Shown here piece after piece: positions 43,720 to 64,000 of a stretch of 64,000 bases of DNA. Location of the stretch: NCBI RefSeq assembly GCF_009914755.1, contig NC_060926.1; one strand, 5' to 3'. Numbering within the stretch: the stretch's first letter is position 1; every line of letters starts with the position of its first letter. The DNA is from the human T2T-CHM13v2.0 reference genome, Homo sapiens. A program made the translations under genes and the position numbers. Below the pieces are notes generated by a model. The model was not told where the DNA came from. It worked only from the letters and a program-made list of their open reading frames with translations, and made no database searches.

Positions 43720-44246
43720 TGAAGGGGATTAGACTATGCCAACCCAAAATATGCCAGTTTGGCACAGGGATCATTTTCAGCTGAAGAAAATGGAGAATCA
43801 ACAGATGCAAAATGAAGTCCTTCTAGAGTTCCCATTATCTGACTAAAAGCAGAAACTTCTGAGAACTGAGGATTGCCATAAATCCCCTTTCTTGGGCAAA
43901 TTTTATGACTGTGAGGAAGACGGCAAGTTGGCACCAAGATGGACCTGCACAAACAAAGCTTGATAAGATAGCCCTTATTTTCCATTAGTTTTCTCTATAT
44001 ATTTACCTCCCCAGTTTGCAGCCCTTAGAAGCCTAAAAACTTTCTTCCTTTGTCTTGTGCCATCTCTGCAATTTATCTTTCTTGTTGTTGTTAAAAACGG
44101 TATATAAACTCTCGTCTGAGAGAGTTTGCTTCTTCGTTCTTCACTTTTTTGGTAGGAAGATCCCTGTGTCATATAAAAGCTACGCATCAAATACAATTCA
44201 TATGCTTTTGCTCTCCTGTTTGTCTGTCTTTCACCAGTTTAATTTG
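43720..44246 (+). mobile_element. MER34/MER39-like ERV1 LTR, 3' terminus missing
   Basis: Start tgaaggggattagactatgccaacccaaaatatgcc; stops abruptly at cagtttaatttgt. Confidence 0.65.
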
Positions 44247-44389
44247 TAAATAAGTTGGGCATGGTGGCACGTAGAGATGGGGTTTCACCACATTGGCCAG
44301 GCTGATCTCGAACTCCTGACCTCAAGTGATCTACCTGCCTCACCCTCCCAAAGTGCTGGGATTACAGGCATGAGCCACTGTGTCGGGCC
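44247..44389 (-). mobile_element. Alu left arm with a short inverted piece at its broken end
   Basis: 44271-44389 is an antisense left arm; 44248-44270 reads aaataagttgggcatggtggcac in sense. Confidence 0.85.
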
Positions 44390-45295
44390 TCTCAGGCTTC
44401 TTTTTAATCTCTTCCCTTGGCTTGTTCCCTAAAGGTCAGTAGACTACAGGGTCTGTTTTCTGACCTCTGCTTTTCCCAGTCTGTAGACTTTCTCTGGATA
44501 ATCGGATCAAAAGCCATGGCTTCAACTATCTGCTCTGAGATCATTATCTTCCAAATCTATATCTGCAGCTCAGACCCTATAGTCCAATTACGTGATAGAA
44601 ATCTCCAGTTCGATGCCTGCCATGTACCTCAAACTGAACATATTCAGAACTGAACTCATCATCTGCCCCCCTCAACCTGCTCCCCTTGTAAGTGATGGCT
44701 CAGTGAATAACACCCACCATGCACCCAGTTGTCCAAATCAGAAACCTGCAGCTGTGTTTCCTTCTCCCTCATCTCTCACATCCAGTAAGTCATGGAATCC
44801 TGACAATTGTGCCTCCTTAATGGCTCTCAGACCCATCTCTTTTTCTCTAACACCACTGCCATTTCCCAAGTCCAGGCCACCATTGTCTCTCCTCTCCATT
44901 ATTGCACTGGCCTCCTCACTGCTCTCCTTGGTATCTGGCCTTCCTCAGCCTCATTGCCTCTTCTCCATCCTTCTTGGCATGAATAACTCCTAGTCATTCC
45001 TCAAGTGCCACTCAATGTCACTTCAATTGGGAAGCTTCGCTGACTAAGCCCTCCCCACCCATGAACCCCAGGATATATTGAGTGTGTCTGCTATATGTGT
45101 TCCAAGCATTTAACTTGTCTTATTATAATTGCTTGTTTAATTGCTTAACTGTACCACCAACCCACTAGATTGTAAATACTCTGTTTTTCCCTGCACCTAT
45201 TTCTAGCACCTTGCGCAGGGCCTAGATCATATAGTATGTAGTAGCACGCAGCACATGGTAGATACTCAAAAAATATTTGTTGAACGAGTCAAAGA
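44390..45295 (+). mobile_element. L2 3' region
   Basis: ctcaaactgaacatattcagaactgaactc...gtagatactcaaaaaatatttgttgaacga. Confidence 0.75.
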
Positions 45296-46729
45296 AAATA
45301 CTCGCTAAACTGAAGAACTACCATTTTGTAGTTCATCTAAAAATAAACAAGGATCAGTGGTTTAGCAAATAAATCTATGGTGTATGTGTGTGTAAACCTC
45401 CCACTCTCAGTTCATGTGGTTGATGAACCTCAACTATGTAAGTGAAACCTTATTTTCCAAATAAAAATATTCAATGTGAATGGCAATGTCATAATTTTTG
45501 GTGCTCATGGCAACAAACAGCTCAACAAATAAAATAAGCAAAGAAACAAAGGTAACAAAACCCCATTTATTCATCCAGATCTTTTCTGTTTAACTCTGCA
45601 GTCTTAACAGTTCAATAATTCAACTGCAAATTTGTTAAGATTCATTGCTTTCCAAGTCCATCACATGCTCAGGCTTATTTGCTTGTCTCTTTCTGCTGGG
45701 AAACTATTTGTCTGTGGAGTAGCCCAGAAAACAACTTTTTTTTCCATGTTAATTACTCAAAGATTAAGAAAGGTAAAATAAGAGTTATGTAACAGAGGGT
45801 TTGTTTTGCTCCTAGGATTACACAGTAATGAACATGCATATTTATCCTTGGGAATGCTTACAATGATATTATCTGAATGATGTATTCTCTTCTTGTATCC
45901 CTATGAATAAGGTACTAATTTCCATCTTCCCGTCCGCATTAAATAGTCTGAGCCCTCTTGCACCTGTAATTAAAATTTTGAATTATCTGCTATGTATAGA
46001 GCACTGTGAGGATTGCCAGAGCAGTTAGATGTGTCCTATATCCTTGATCCCTTTGGAAGAATGTGACCCAAACCCTCATGAAACACATAGGAGAGGGTAT
46101 GAGAAGTAATTGTAACTAAAGCCTGTCAGGCCAGAGTTCCTTCCTACTAATCACGAACCGGTGTTTTTGGACTTAATATAATCACTTGGGTTAAACTTGA
46201 ATACTTAAGTCTAAAGGTGAATGTTGTAAAAAATGAAGAGTTGGGGCAGTTGCTTTTTTTCTACAGTTGTAGTCTCTAGAACTATGGTTGTATAAATATT
46301 TTTATAGTATTACAGCATGCACATAAATCTACTTTAAGGAAATAACTTCATTCCTTCCTCCCTTCTTTCTTTCATTTTATAAAAAAATTAATATTTTCCT
46401 TTTTTTTAAACATCAAAGTAACGAGTACAAGTTTAAAAAGTCAAATAATGCTAAGAGGCTTACAGCAAAAACCAATATTCTCTTAATCCCTCCACCTCAA
46501 ATTGCCTCTTGTCCTTCTGAATACTCCTACCTCCCTCAGGTAAACATTTTCAAAATCTTCACCACTTCTAATATCAAAACACTGTGCGAATACTGCTATT
46601 GCCTTTTTAAAGCATTATTTATTTTGGCCTTTTTATAGCTCTTTTCTTGAATCCATTCTTTGTGAAATAGTACCATCATAAATTTTGGTTGAATCTATAC
46701 TCATCAATTTATTATAACCATTTTGTAGT

Positions 46730-47015
46730 TAAATATGTACATAGTTTGTATGTGGGAATATATATAATATATGGTTTGTACTGAGTATATATAATTATAT
46801 ATACTATATAGTATGTATATAATTTGTGCTATATGTATTATCTATATAGTTTATACTATATATTTATACTACTTAGTCATAATATGTGCATACAGTTTGT
46901 ACCATATATATATTATAATATAAACTATGTATAGTTTATACTGTATATACTATGTAAAGTTTAAACAAGCTAAAGCATAGTATATATGTATATGTAGTAT
47001 ATAATTTATGCTATA
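46730..47015. repeat. AT-rich degenerate (TA)n low-complexity tract
   Basis: Read directly. Confidence 0.8.
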
Positions 47016-47423
47016 ATTCAATTTCTTATACAATTTCTGTTTTCTTGGAGTTAATAATTTTTTTATTTTTTCACTTGCCTGGTTTTTATATTTTTGGAAA
47101 CTACAAACTTCTTTGTAAAGTAGTTCTCATTACAGCTTTCTACATGGTAAAATTTGTAAGATAATCTGCACATTCCATTTAGGAGGAGTTTATTCTTACC
47201 TTTTGTACTTGTGTTTCGATTAGGATTGGTTGCTTTTTGAACCTGCTACACATGTTTATTAGGTCTTCGCTTTGATACCATCTTGAGAATTCTCTTTATT
47301 TTATTTTATTTTATTATTATTATACTTTAAGTTTTAGGGTACATGTGCACAATGTGCAGGTTAGTTACATATGTATACATGTGCCATGCTGGTGTGCTGT
47401 ACCCACTAACTCGTCATTTAGCA

Positions 47424-51345
<3,922 letters not shown>

Positions 51346-51408
51346 TATGATGTTAGCTGCTTATTTTGCTCATTAGTTGATGCAGTTTCTTCCTAGCCTC
51401 GATGGTCT

Positions 51409-52422
51409 TTACAATTTGGCACGATTTTGCAGTGGCTGGTACCGGTTGTTCGTTTCCATGTTTAGTGCTCCCTTCAGGAGCTCTTTTAGGGAGGCCTGGT
51501 GGTGACAAAATCTCTCAACATTTGCTTGTCTGTGAAGTATTTTATTTCTCCTTCACTTATGAAGCTTAGTTTGGCTGGATATGAAATTCTGGGTTGAAAA
51601 TTCTTTTCTTTAAGAATGTTGAATATTGGCCCCCACTCTCTTCTGGCTTTGTAGGGTTTCTGCCGAGAGATCCGCTGTTAGTCTGATGGGCTTCCCTTTG
51701 TGGGTAACCCGACCTTTCTCTCTGGCTGCCCTTAACATTTTTTCCTTCATTTCAACTTTGGTGAATCTGACAATTATGTGTCTTGGAGTTGCTCTTCTCG
51801 AGGAGTATCTTTGTGGTGTTCTCTGTATTTCCTGAATTTGAATGTTGGCCTGCCTTGCTAGATTGGGGAAGTTCTCCTGGATAATATCCTGCAGAGTGTT
51901 TTGCAACTTGTTTCCATTCTCCTCATCACTTTCAGGTACACCAATCAGATGTAGATTAGGTCTTTTCACATAGTCCCATATTTCTTCGAGGCTTTGTTCG
52001 TTTCTTTTTATTCTTTTTTCTCTAAACTTCTCTTCTCACTTCATTTCATTCATTTCATCTTCCATCGCTGATACCCTTTCTTCCAGTTGATCGCATCTGC
52101 TACTGAGGCTTGTGCATTTGTCACGTAGTTCTCGTGCCGTGGTTTTCAGCTCCATCAGGTCCTTTAAGGACTTCTCTGCGTTGGTTATTCTAGTTAGCCA
52201 TTCGTCTAATTTTTTTTCAAGTTTTTAACTTCTTTGCCGTTGCTTCGAACTTCCTCCTTTAGCTCAGAGTAGTTTTATCTTCTGAAGCCTTCTTCTCTCA
52301 ACTCGTCAAAGTCATTCTCCATCCAGCTTTGTTCCATTGCTGGTGAGGAGCTGCGTTCCTTCGGAGGAGGAGAGGTGCTCTGATTTTTAGAGTTTCCGGT
52401 TTTTCTGCTCTTTTTTCCCCAT
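51409..52422 (-). pseudogene. L1 ORF1p, frameshifted
   Basis: ATG at 52422; fragments such as KRPNLHLIGVPE...ENFPNLARQ. Confidence 0.9.
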
Positions 52423-53943
52423 CTTTGTGGTTTTATCTACCTTTGGTCTTTGATAATGGCGACGTACAGATGGGTTTTTGGTGTGGATGTCCTTTCTGTT
52501 TGTTAGTTTTCCTTCTAACAGTCAGGACCCTCAGCTGCAGGTCTGTTGGAGTTTGCTGAGGTCCACTCCAGACCCTGTTTGCCTGAGTATCAGCAGTGGT
52601 GGCTGCAGAACAGCTGATATTGGTGAACTGCAAATGCTGCTGCCTGATTGTTCCTCTGGAACTTTTGTCTCAGAGGAGTACCCGGCCATGTGAGGTGTCA
52701 GTCTGCCCCTACTGGGGGGTGCCTCCCAGTTAGGCTGCTCGGGGGTCAGGGACCCACTTGAGGAGGCAGTCTGCCCATTTTCAGATCTCCAGCTGCGTGC
52801 TGGGAGAACCACTGCTCTCTTCAAAGCTGTCAGACAGGGACATTTAAGTCTGCAGAGGTAACTGCTGTCTTTTTGTTTGTCTGTGCCCTGCCCCCAGAGG
52901 TGGAGCCTACAGAGGCAGGCAGGCCTCCTTGAGCTGTGGTAGGCTCCACCCAGTTCGCGCTTCCTGGCTGCTTTGTTTACCTAAGCAAGCCTGGGCAATG
53001 GTGGGTGCCCCTCCCGCAGCCTCGCTGCTACCTTGCAGTTTGATCTCAGACTGCTGTGCTAGCAATCAGTGAGACTCCGTGGGCGTAGGACCCTCTGAGC
53101 CAGGTGCTGGATATAATCTCCTGGTGCGCCATTTTTTAAGCCGGTCGGAAAAGCGCAGTATTTGGGTGGGAGTGACCCGATTTTCCAGGTGCCGTCTGTC
53201 ACCCCTTTCTTTGACTAGGAAAGGGAACTCCCTGACCCCTTGCGCTTCCTGACTGAGGCAATGCCTCGCCCTGCTTCGGCTCACGCACGGTGCACTGCAC
53301 CCACTGTCCTGTGCCCACTGTCTGGCACTCCCTAGTGAGATGAACCCGGTACCTCAGATGGAAATGCAGAAATCACCCGTCTTCTGCATTGCTCATACTG
53401 GGAGCTGTAGACAGGAGCTGTTCCTATTCGGCCATCTTGGCTCCCCCTCTTCAAGAATTCTCTTTCAAGGAATTCTCTCTCTATTGTGCTGAATCTTCGT
53501 CTTTCTTGGTTTTAGTGGAGCACATTTCTCAATAGCTTCCAGAGAAAGGGCACCTAGGAATTTGCATGAGACTTTCTATGTCAGAAAATGACTTCATTTT
53601 ATCCTCACGTAGTTTGATGTTAAAATTATTTTTCCTCAGAAAAATAATTGGTCTCTTTTGTAAAAATAACTTTTCTTCAAATATCTGGAAATTCTTGGCT
53701 GTTCATTTATCTTTAAAAGTGAGTCATTAAAAAGAGATCAAGTTCAGTGTTTCTGCTACATTGGTTTGATGGGGAAAGAGACAATGAGGCTGCTGAGGTG
53801 CTAGGGAGGCGTCACAAAAGGCTGTTTTCCAGCAGTCAATTACTGGTCTTTTCAAGTCTGTTTTTTCTTTTCAATTTTGTTTATTCTTATGTTTGAGACC
53901 TAAAAATTTCCATTTTGAAAATTTCGAACCTGAATTTTGTTTC

Positions 53944-54250
<307 letters not shown>

Positions 54251-54329
54251 TTCTGTTCTGTATCTCTTAAAAAGAAAGCACAACAACCTGAGCTAATGTA
54301 TTTTCTTTTTTAGTTTAAAAAGATTTTTA

Positions 54330-54646
<317 letters not shown>

Positions 54647-54659
54647 AAAAAGATTTTTA

Positions 54660-54793
54660 AATTTTTAAATTTTTGCAGAGATGAAGGTTTTACTATGTTA
54701 CCCAGGCTAGTCTCAAACTCCTGGCCTCAAGTGATCCTCCTGCCTTGGCCTCCCAAAGTGCTGAGATTACAGGAGTGAGCTACCATGCCTGGC
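54660..54793 (-). mobile_element. FLAM/AluJ left monomer
   Basis: gagatgaaggttttactatgttacccaggctagtc...taccatgcctggc. Confidence 0.8.
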
Positions 54794-55489
54794 AAATATA
54801 TAATTAAAAAATAACTGATATTGCTTACATTCACTATTGTTGCTCTATCATTTAGTACTTAATTTTCTCTAAGAAAAAAACTGTTTGTCTGTCTGGTAGT
54901 TATAATTTCATTTCAATTTCTTCCTGCATTTTTGTCAAAATTTCTTTTACATATTCTCTTGCTATGTAGTTTCAATATGTACATTTAGTATTAGTAGGTT
55001 TCATTGTTAATCTATATTATCCACTATATAGTAACCATATTCATTTCTATTAATAATGTGTGCTTTAAGAAATTACCCTTATTCGCTACTAGGATAATAA
55101 TCTATGTTTCTCCTATAGACATACAGAGATGATAAGCTTTGAGCATTAGATAATTTTCAGTTGAAGGGTTTTTAACTTGGCCTATAAGGTATCTGAAATT
55201 GTATTCCAAATTTTTCTGTATATTCCTATATGCATCTCCCCACCCTGACTCAAAGGATCCCCAACCTAACTACCAAATAGGTAAAAGCCATTATTAATGT
55301 GCCTTGGATGTGTTTCTCTTGCAGACAACAATTAGAAGTAAGACCACAACAATAACAACAACAACAACAACAACAACAAAAACAATGAAAATGAAATCTT
55401 ATCTTTTAATTTAGCTGGTGATCTTGGGAGTTAAGGCTGTGGTACTTATTCTTTTCTTTTTATTTACATGGTTTCTGTGAACTAACTTT

Positions 55490-55493
55490 CTAT

Positions 55494-55528
<35 letters not shown>

Positions 55529-55533
55529 TTATT
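55490..55533. repeat. (TTTA)n microsatellite
   Basis: Read directly. Confidence 0.93.
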
Positions 55534-55554
55534 TTCACCATTAAAATTGGTTTA

Positions 55555-59225
<3,671 letters not shown>

Positions 59226-60076
59226 GGATTAAAAAGGCGAATTTGAGGGACAGGAAAAATAACTGGGCCACATAAATTTATAGCTATATTAAAAAAACTT
59301 AAAACAGTTTAACATATATATGAGTATACACGCAAATATAATACTGAGATACATAAATGCAAATATAAACATATATACATACATATAGATAAATATATAT
59401 ACTTTATCTGTATGCACATAGAGACTATATATAATATTTTTCATTTATAGTGAAAAGCAAGATTTTAAATTAACAAATTGTGAGTTTTCACAAGTTTATA
59501 CACCTGTGTAATTAACACCCCATTAGGAAATAGAATATTTCCATGACCCCAGAAGTAGCCTTCAGTTTAAAGGCTTTTAAAAACAAAGTTGGAAGATAAT
59601 TTTAACTCAACATATTCTGCTTAATCTATTTTCTTTTTTAAAAAAGCATTAGCACAGATATATAGAACTATTCTTTAAAATATTATTCTAAATTCTAAAA
59701 TTAAGTAAAGTTTTAAATACTTTATAGAAGAGATAAAACATTTGTTTAGTCATGATTTTCTCTTTATACTAGAGTATAGCTGACTTTTTTCATCGAGACA
59801 GATGTGTGTTTTTTTTTTTCCAGGTTAAACAAATTCAAATATTCCACTGGTGCCAGCTTTTCTGGTTTTCTTCATATACCATTGTTCTTGCAAGTTAGAT
59901 TTTATGGTTCCATTTCTTCAGGTATGTTTACAGCTGTGCATAGTTTCTGTTGTTTGTCTAAGCTCGTTGTCTTGTTAGTGCATCTTGTTAGTGGCGTTGC
60001 TGACTTCTTTGCTGTGCCCTTCCAAACCTGATATTTTAAGACTCTTTACATTTAAGAAAAGTTTCTCTGGTTTAAT

Positions 60077-60307
60077 TAGTGGTGCCCAACAGAGGTTGAT
60101 TTTGCCTCTGGGGGGACATTTGGCAGTGTCTGGAGACGTTTTTGATTGTCACCACTGGTTGGGGTGGGAGGAGGTGAAGCTGCTCTGGCATCCAGGGAGG
60201 AGGCCAGGGATGCTGCTGTCTCCCTGCAATGCACAGGACAGCTCCTCCCCAACAAAAGGAATTTTCTGGTCCAAAATGCCAATAGTGCTAAGATTGAGAA
60301 ATCCTGA
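60077..60307. mobile_element. MER20 hAT MITE
   Basis: gattttgcctctgggggacatttggcagtgtctggagac...gattgagaaatcctg. Confidence 0.85.
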
Positions 60308-62130
60308 CTTAGATGATTTACAAAGTTTAGTGTAGTTGTCTTCTTCAGGTGAATAATATTTCCAGCATTATGCATGACATGCAGATTCCTATCAGAGGTT
60401 TATTTTGAGGCCCTCCTTTTTTGTTTTCTCCAGAGACTTTCCAAAATTACCTGCAACATTTTTTTGGGTAGAAAACAAAATACAGTAGCCTTGCTTTATA
60501 GTTGCAGGTGTTTACTTTGGCACTTAAAACAAAGCTCTCACTTGAGGCTATTTCCAACAGTACATTATTTGTAAGTCTTAAGTATCACTTTTTCCACCCC
60601 CCCGTTTACTCAAGGGACTTCATAAATCAGTCAATAAAGAAAGGTGATTGCATTTATAAAGCTAGAATAATAGGCCTTGATTTTAACTTAGATCTTCTAA
60701 AAAATGTTATTGAGTGAAAAATATATTCTTAGCAAAGTCTTTTAAGACTGGATCATTTTAAAGGGATTCTCAGCATGAACACATCACAACATATGCTCAA
60801 GAAGTGATTTAGCATGTGTGCTGGCAACTCTCAAGTTGAGAAACTGAACAACTAGATCAATTTTTCATTCCCTCTGGTTGAACTTCAAGTACTAATAAAC
60901 ACTATAGCATGAAAACATATGGATATTTTGGGTCTGGGGCTTGGTTTGCAGCCTTGGTGAAAGGTAGTTTGTTTTGTTAAATTTTTTTCTTCTTGTATGC
61001 AGGGTTCGAACTAAGATACAAAAGGAAGTAGGAAAGTTGAAATGTGCCCTGAAGTTTTGAAAAGAGAAAAGGGAGGATTTTAGCCTACTCTGTACTTGCT
61101 GATTAGTGTATCTTAAACACCAACCAGGCAGATGGCTTCCAGAATTCCTAAACAGAAGTGGAGTCACTGTAACCTTCTCATGGTTTCCTGCACACATGGC
61201 CTTTAGAATATGGGAGCATTTTTTATTATAGTTTAAATCAAATATTTATTGACTACACATTGTGCTAGGTGTGGGGAATACAGAGAATTCTTAGATGTAG
61301 TCTTTGCATTTAAGGGATGCATATATTAAAATATAAACAGCTTTCCAAATTAGTACCTGCTAACTGCAGAAAGGATAACACAGGCAGTTCCTGCTACTGC
61401 AGTTTGCTTTCCCTTCTCCTGGAGTCAGCCTCGCCTTGAACTAGCTGTAGGGCAAAGTGTGCTCTCTTACAGATTTGCTTGGTATGGCCCCTCTTATTTC
61501 TCCTGTGCTGGGCTCAGCGCACCCAAGCTCTTGGGTATTCACCTTGATAATGGGGTTTTATATCTGTGGCTAGGCTTCCTTAGCTTGGTGATTGACTCAG
61601 ACCTCTTTTCTATATTACTGACCTTAGTTCCCTGCCTGTCTCTGCTCTGCAGCCTGTCTTGATTTTGCTCCTTAGCAGCTTCTGGGAGGTAATAATCCCT
61701 CCACTGGCCCTGCAGCACTCTTACCAGCACTGAGCAGCTGATACCTCTTGCCACGCCTTTCTTCTGCCCTGCTCACTCGTTCCCTCCTGCCCAGGAAGAT
61801 GCCAGACTTTATGGAAGAGCTGGGACTTTAACTGGAACTTGTGCAAAACAGGGTTTTAAAAAGATTAATCTGAGAGTAGCATGTTTACTGGAGAGAAGAC
61901 AGGAAGACTTCATGGAAGTAACCCAGGACCAGAGGATAAAGGCCCAAACTGGTGGCAATAGGAAAAGACGGGATTGATGTTAGACATGTTTCTAAGAAAG
62001 AATTAGCCAGACTGACTTGGCAGAAAGAGAAAAGAAGAAGATGGATGTCTTTGAATTCTTAGAAATGCTTTGAAGATAAAAGCTCCACCTGGGGGAAAAC
62101 ACGAGAGACCTTTGAGGGTTCACCTTCCAG

Positions 62131-62243
62131 TAGGGTGACCAATTGTCTCAATTTGCCTAGGACTGAGAAAGTTCCCAAGACATGGGACTTTCAACTTCAA
62201 ATTAGGATGGTCCTTGGCACACCAGATTGAGTTGGTCATCCTA
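62131..62243. mobile_element. MER81-like hAT-Blackjack MITE
   Basis: Terminal inverted repeats tagggtgaccaa / ttggtcatccta, 113 bp. Confidence 0.82.
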
Positions 62244-62436
62244 TTCCTGACCAGTGCCAGTATCATTCAGTGTGGTGTTGAATAAAAGCTTTTATATTTC
62301 TATGGGGCTCTTTTGACACTCCAAGTCAACTTGGCCTGGATCATCTTGAACAGGCATTTCAAAAAGCTGTTGGGATTTTAGTCAAAGGGGTTGAGACTTT
62401 TATAAGTAGGGCAGAATGCTACATATAAGAGTGGTT

Positions 62437-62752
62437 GGCCGGGCGCGGTGGCTCACGCCTGTAATCACAGCACTTTGGGAGGCCGAGGCAGGTGGATCAC
62501 CTGAGGTCAGGAGTTCGAGACTAGCCTGGCCAACATGGCGAAACCCTGTCTCTACTAAAAATACAAAAAATAGCCAGACATGGTGGCAGATGGCTGTAAT
62601 CCCAGCTACTCAGGAGGCTGAGGCAGGAGAATCGCTTAGAACCCGGGAGGCAGAGGTTGCAATGAGGTGAGATTGCACCATTGGATTCCAGCCTGGGTGA
62701 CAGAGGGAGACTCTGTCTCAAAAAAAGAAAAAAAAAAAAAAAAAAAAAAAAA
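62437..62752 (+). mobile_element. AluSx-like
   Basis: Sense dimer with long A tail. Confidence 0.94.
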
Positions 62753-64000
62753 GAAAGTGGTAGGTGCCTGTGTCACAGCCAAGCTTCAGGCTTCCATTTT
62801 GGTGAGAAGCAAATTAAAAAAATAAAATGTTCAAATAATCTCAAATTTCAATGTACTTTCATGCTTCCCCCACCAAAAAAAAAATTGAAGTTCAATTTGC
62901 ATAGATTAAAATGTTTTGCTCTTTCCTTCATGCTTTCTTTCCTGTTGGTGGATAATGTAAAGCTTACTGAAAATGACTCAAAGCAGGAATCAGACAAAGA
63001 GAAGATAAGAACAATCAGGAAAGAGGAGAACTTTGATGGTGAACAAATTGATTGCTGACCACTGAACTTAACTGTGAAATATCCAGAGACAAGTGTTTGG
63101 TAACCTCTCTTCTGTGGAATATGAATAATGAGCTGGAATTAAGTCCTCAAGACCTTTATACAACCAGAATAGATGTCGTGCATTTACATGAGAAGATAGA
63201 ACCTCCTATAACTCTAGAACGGATTTATTTTTAATGGAGATGTTGTTGCAACAGATTTGTTTATTTAGGTTTCTAGCCATCTGCAAACTGGAGGCAATAA
63301 ACCCAAAGTTTGTTTCTAGACTGATACAAGAACATCAGTGCAGAATGACTATGGATACTTTGATAGTACAGAAGGAGAGAAAAATAAAACACAAAAATTT
63401 GCCAAAGTAACAAAGGAAGCATAGTGGCCTGGGGCAATTTAATGTAGGGGCAACTCATTCTATGCATTTGTTATTGTTTTATACCCCTATGTAATGAGAT
63501 AGTTTAAAGATGACCCTAAATCATCAAGAAAAAGTTAGATACATTTAGTGTACCTTGTTTGAGACCAAGGAAAGTATTTAACATTTTAGAAAGAATTTCC
63601 AACAAACTCTTACATTGAGTTTTCAGTTAATCTGAAAATTGACTTCTGTGGAATAACTTTATTCCATAAACTATCAATAAAGGAAATACTACATGTTTAA
63701 AACAAAATGAAATGGTGGAAACTAAGTGAGATTCGAGACTCTATGTTAGAGTACTAGGGACCCTGCATTTCTGAGAAAATTGACTTGCAATGTCCCTGTT
63801 CAGCTTGGGCTGTGCAATGAATGCCAACTGCAGGACAAAGCTGGGTCTTGCAGACGTCCTGTTGCCCTGACTGCCGGCAGAGAGCCATCAAAAGCTTCAG
63901 CGCAGCCCCAAGGGGTGCATATATTAAAGGAAAAACAAGAGCTATGCTCCAAAATGGCTTCATTTAAAATGCAAAGGGTAACAAGAGAGCAACATTTGGG

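Noticed and set aside
59824-59920. Exon-like segment (ttttccag...cag|gtatgt)
   Set aside because: T-rich, probably old repeat context, no recognisable peptide; such signals are common by chance.
62681-63058. 125-aa ORF with a charged C-terminus
   Set aside because: It begins in an Alu and runs through its poly(A); no supporting splice signals or homology.

Overview
Human genomic DNA (it carries an AluYb8 and an SVA_E/F-type element, both human-specific lineages). It is dominated by transposable elements and is most likely the interior of a large + strand gene. No prokaryotic features, RNA genes or CRISPR arrays are present. Nearly every ORF in the track is repeat-derived or spurious. Contents: the 5' end of a young L1PA (1-1537), a full-length dead L1PA3/4-like element (47298-53450), a full-length SVA (32065-33955), a Tigger1 broken by nested insertions, about 20 Alus, MaLR/ERV solo LTRs, MITEs, and old L1M/L2/MIR pieces. 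Subfamily names come from recalled consensus features, not from a database run. The one convincing host exon candidate is 59 nt long (31992-32050, xLCNNAKEAKQIDGVPWLCM); I could not name its gene. I found no new biological system. The most notable items are: (1) an antisense SVA whose target-site duplication overlaps that exon's splice donor; (2) an old L1 3' transduction with target-site deletion inside Tigger1; (3) two L1 5'UTRs, one with and one without the ~129-bp ZNF93-binding segment; (4) a twin-primed L1 inside a stack of three L1 3' ends; (5) two small templated or inversion repair scars.
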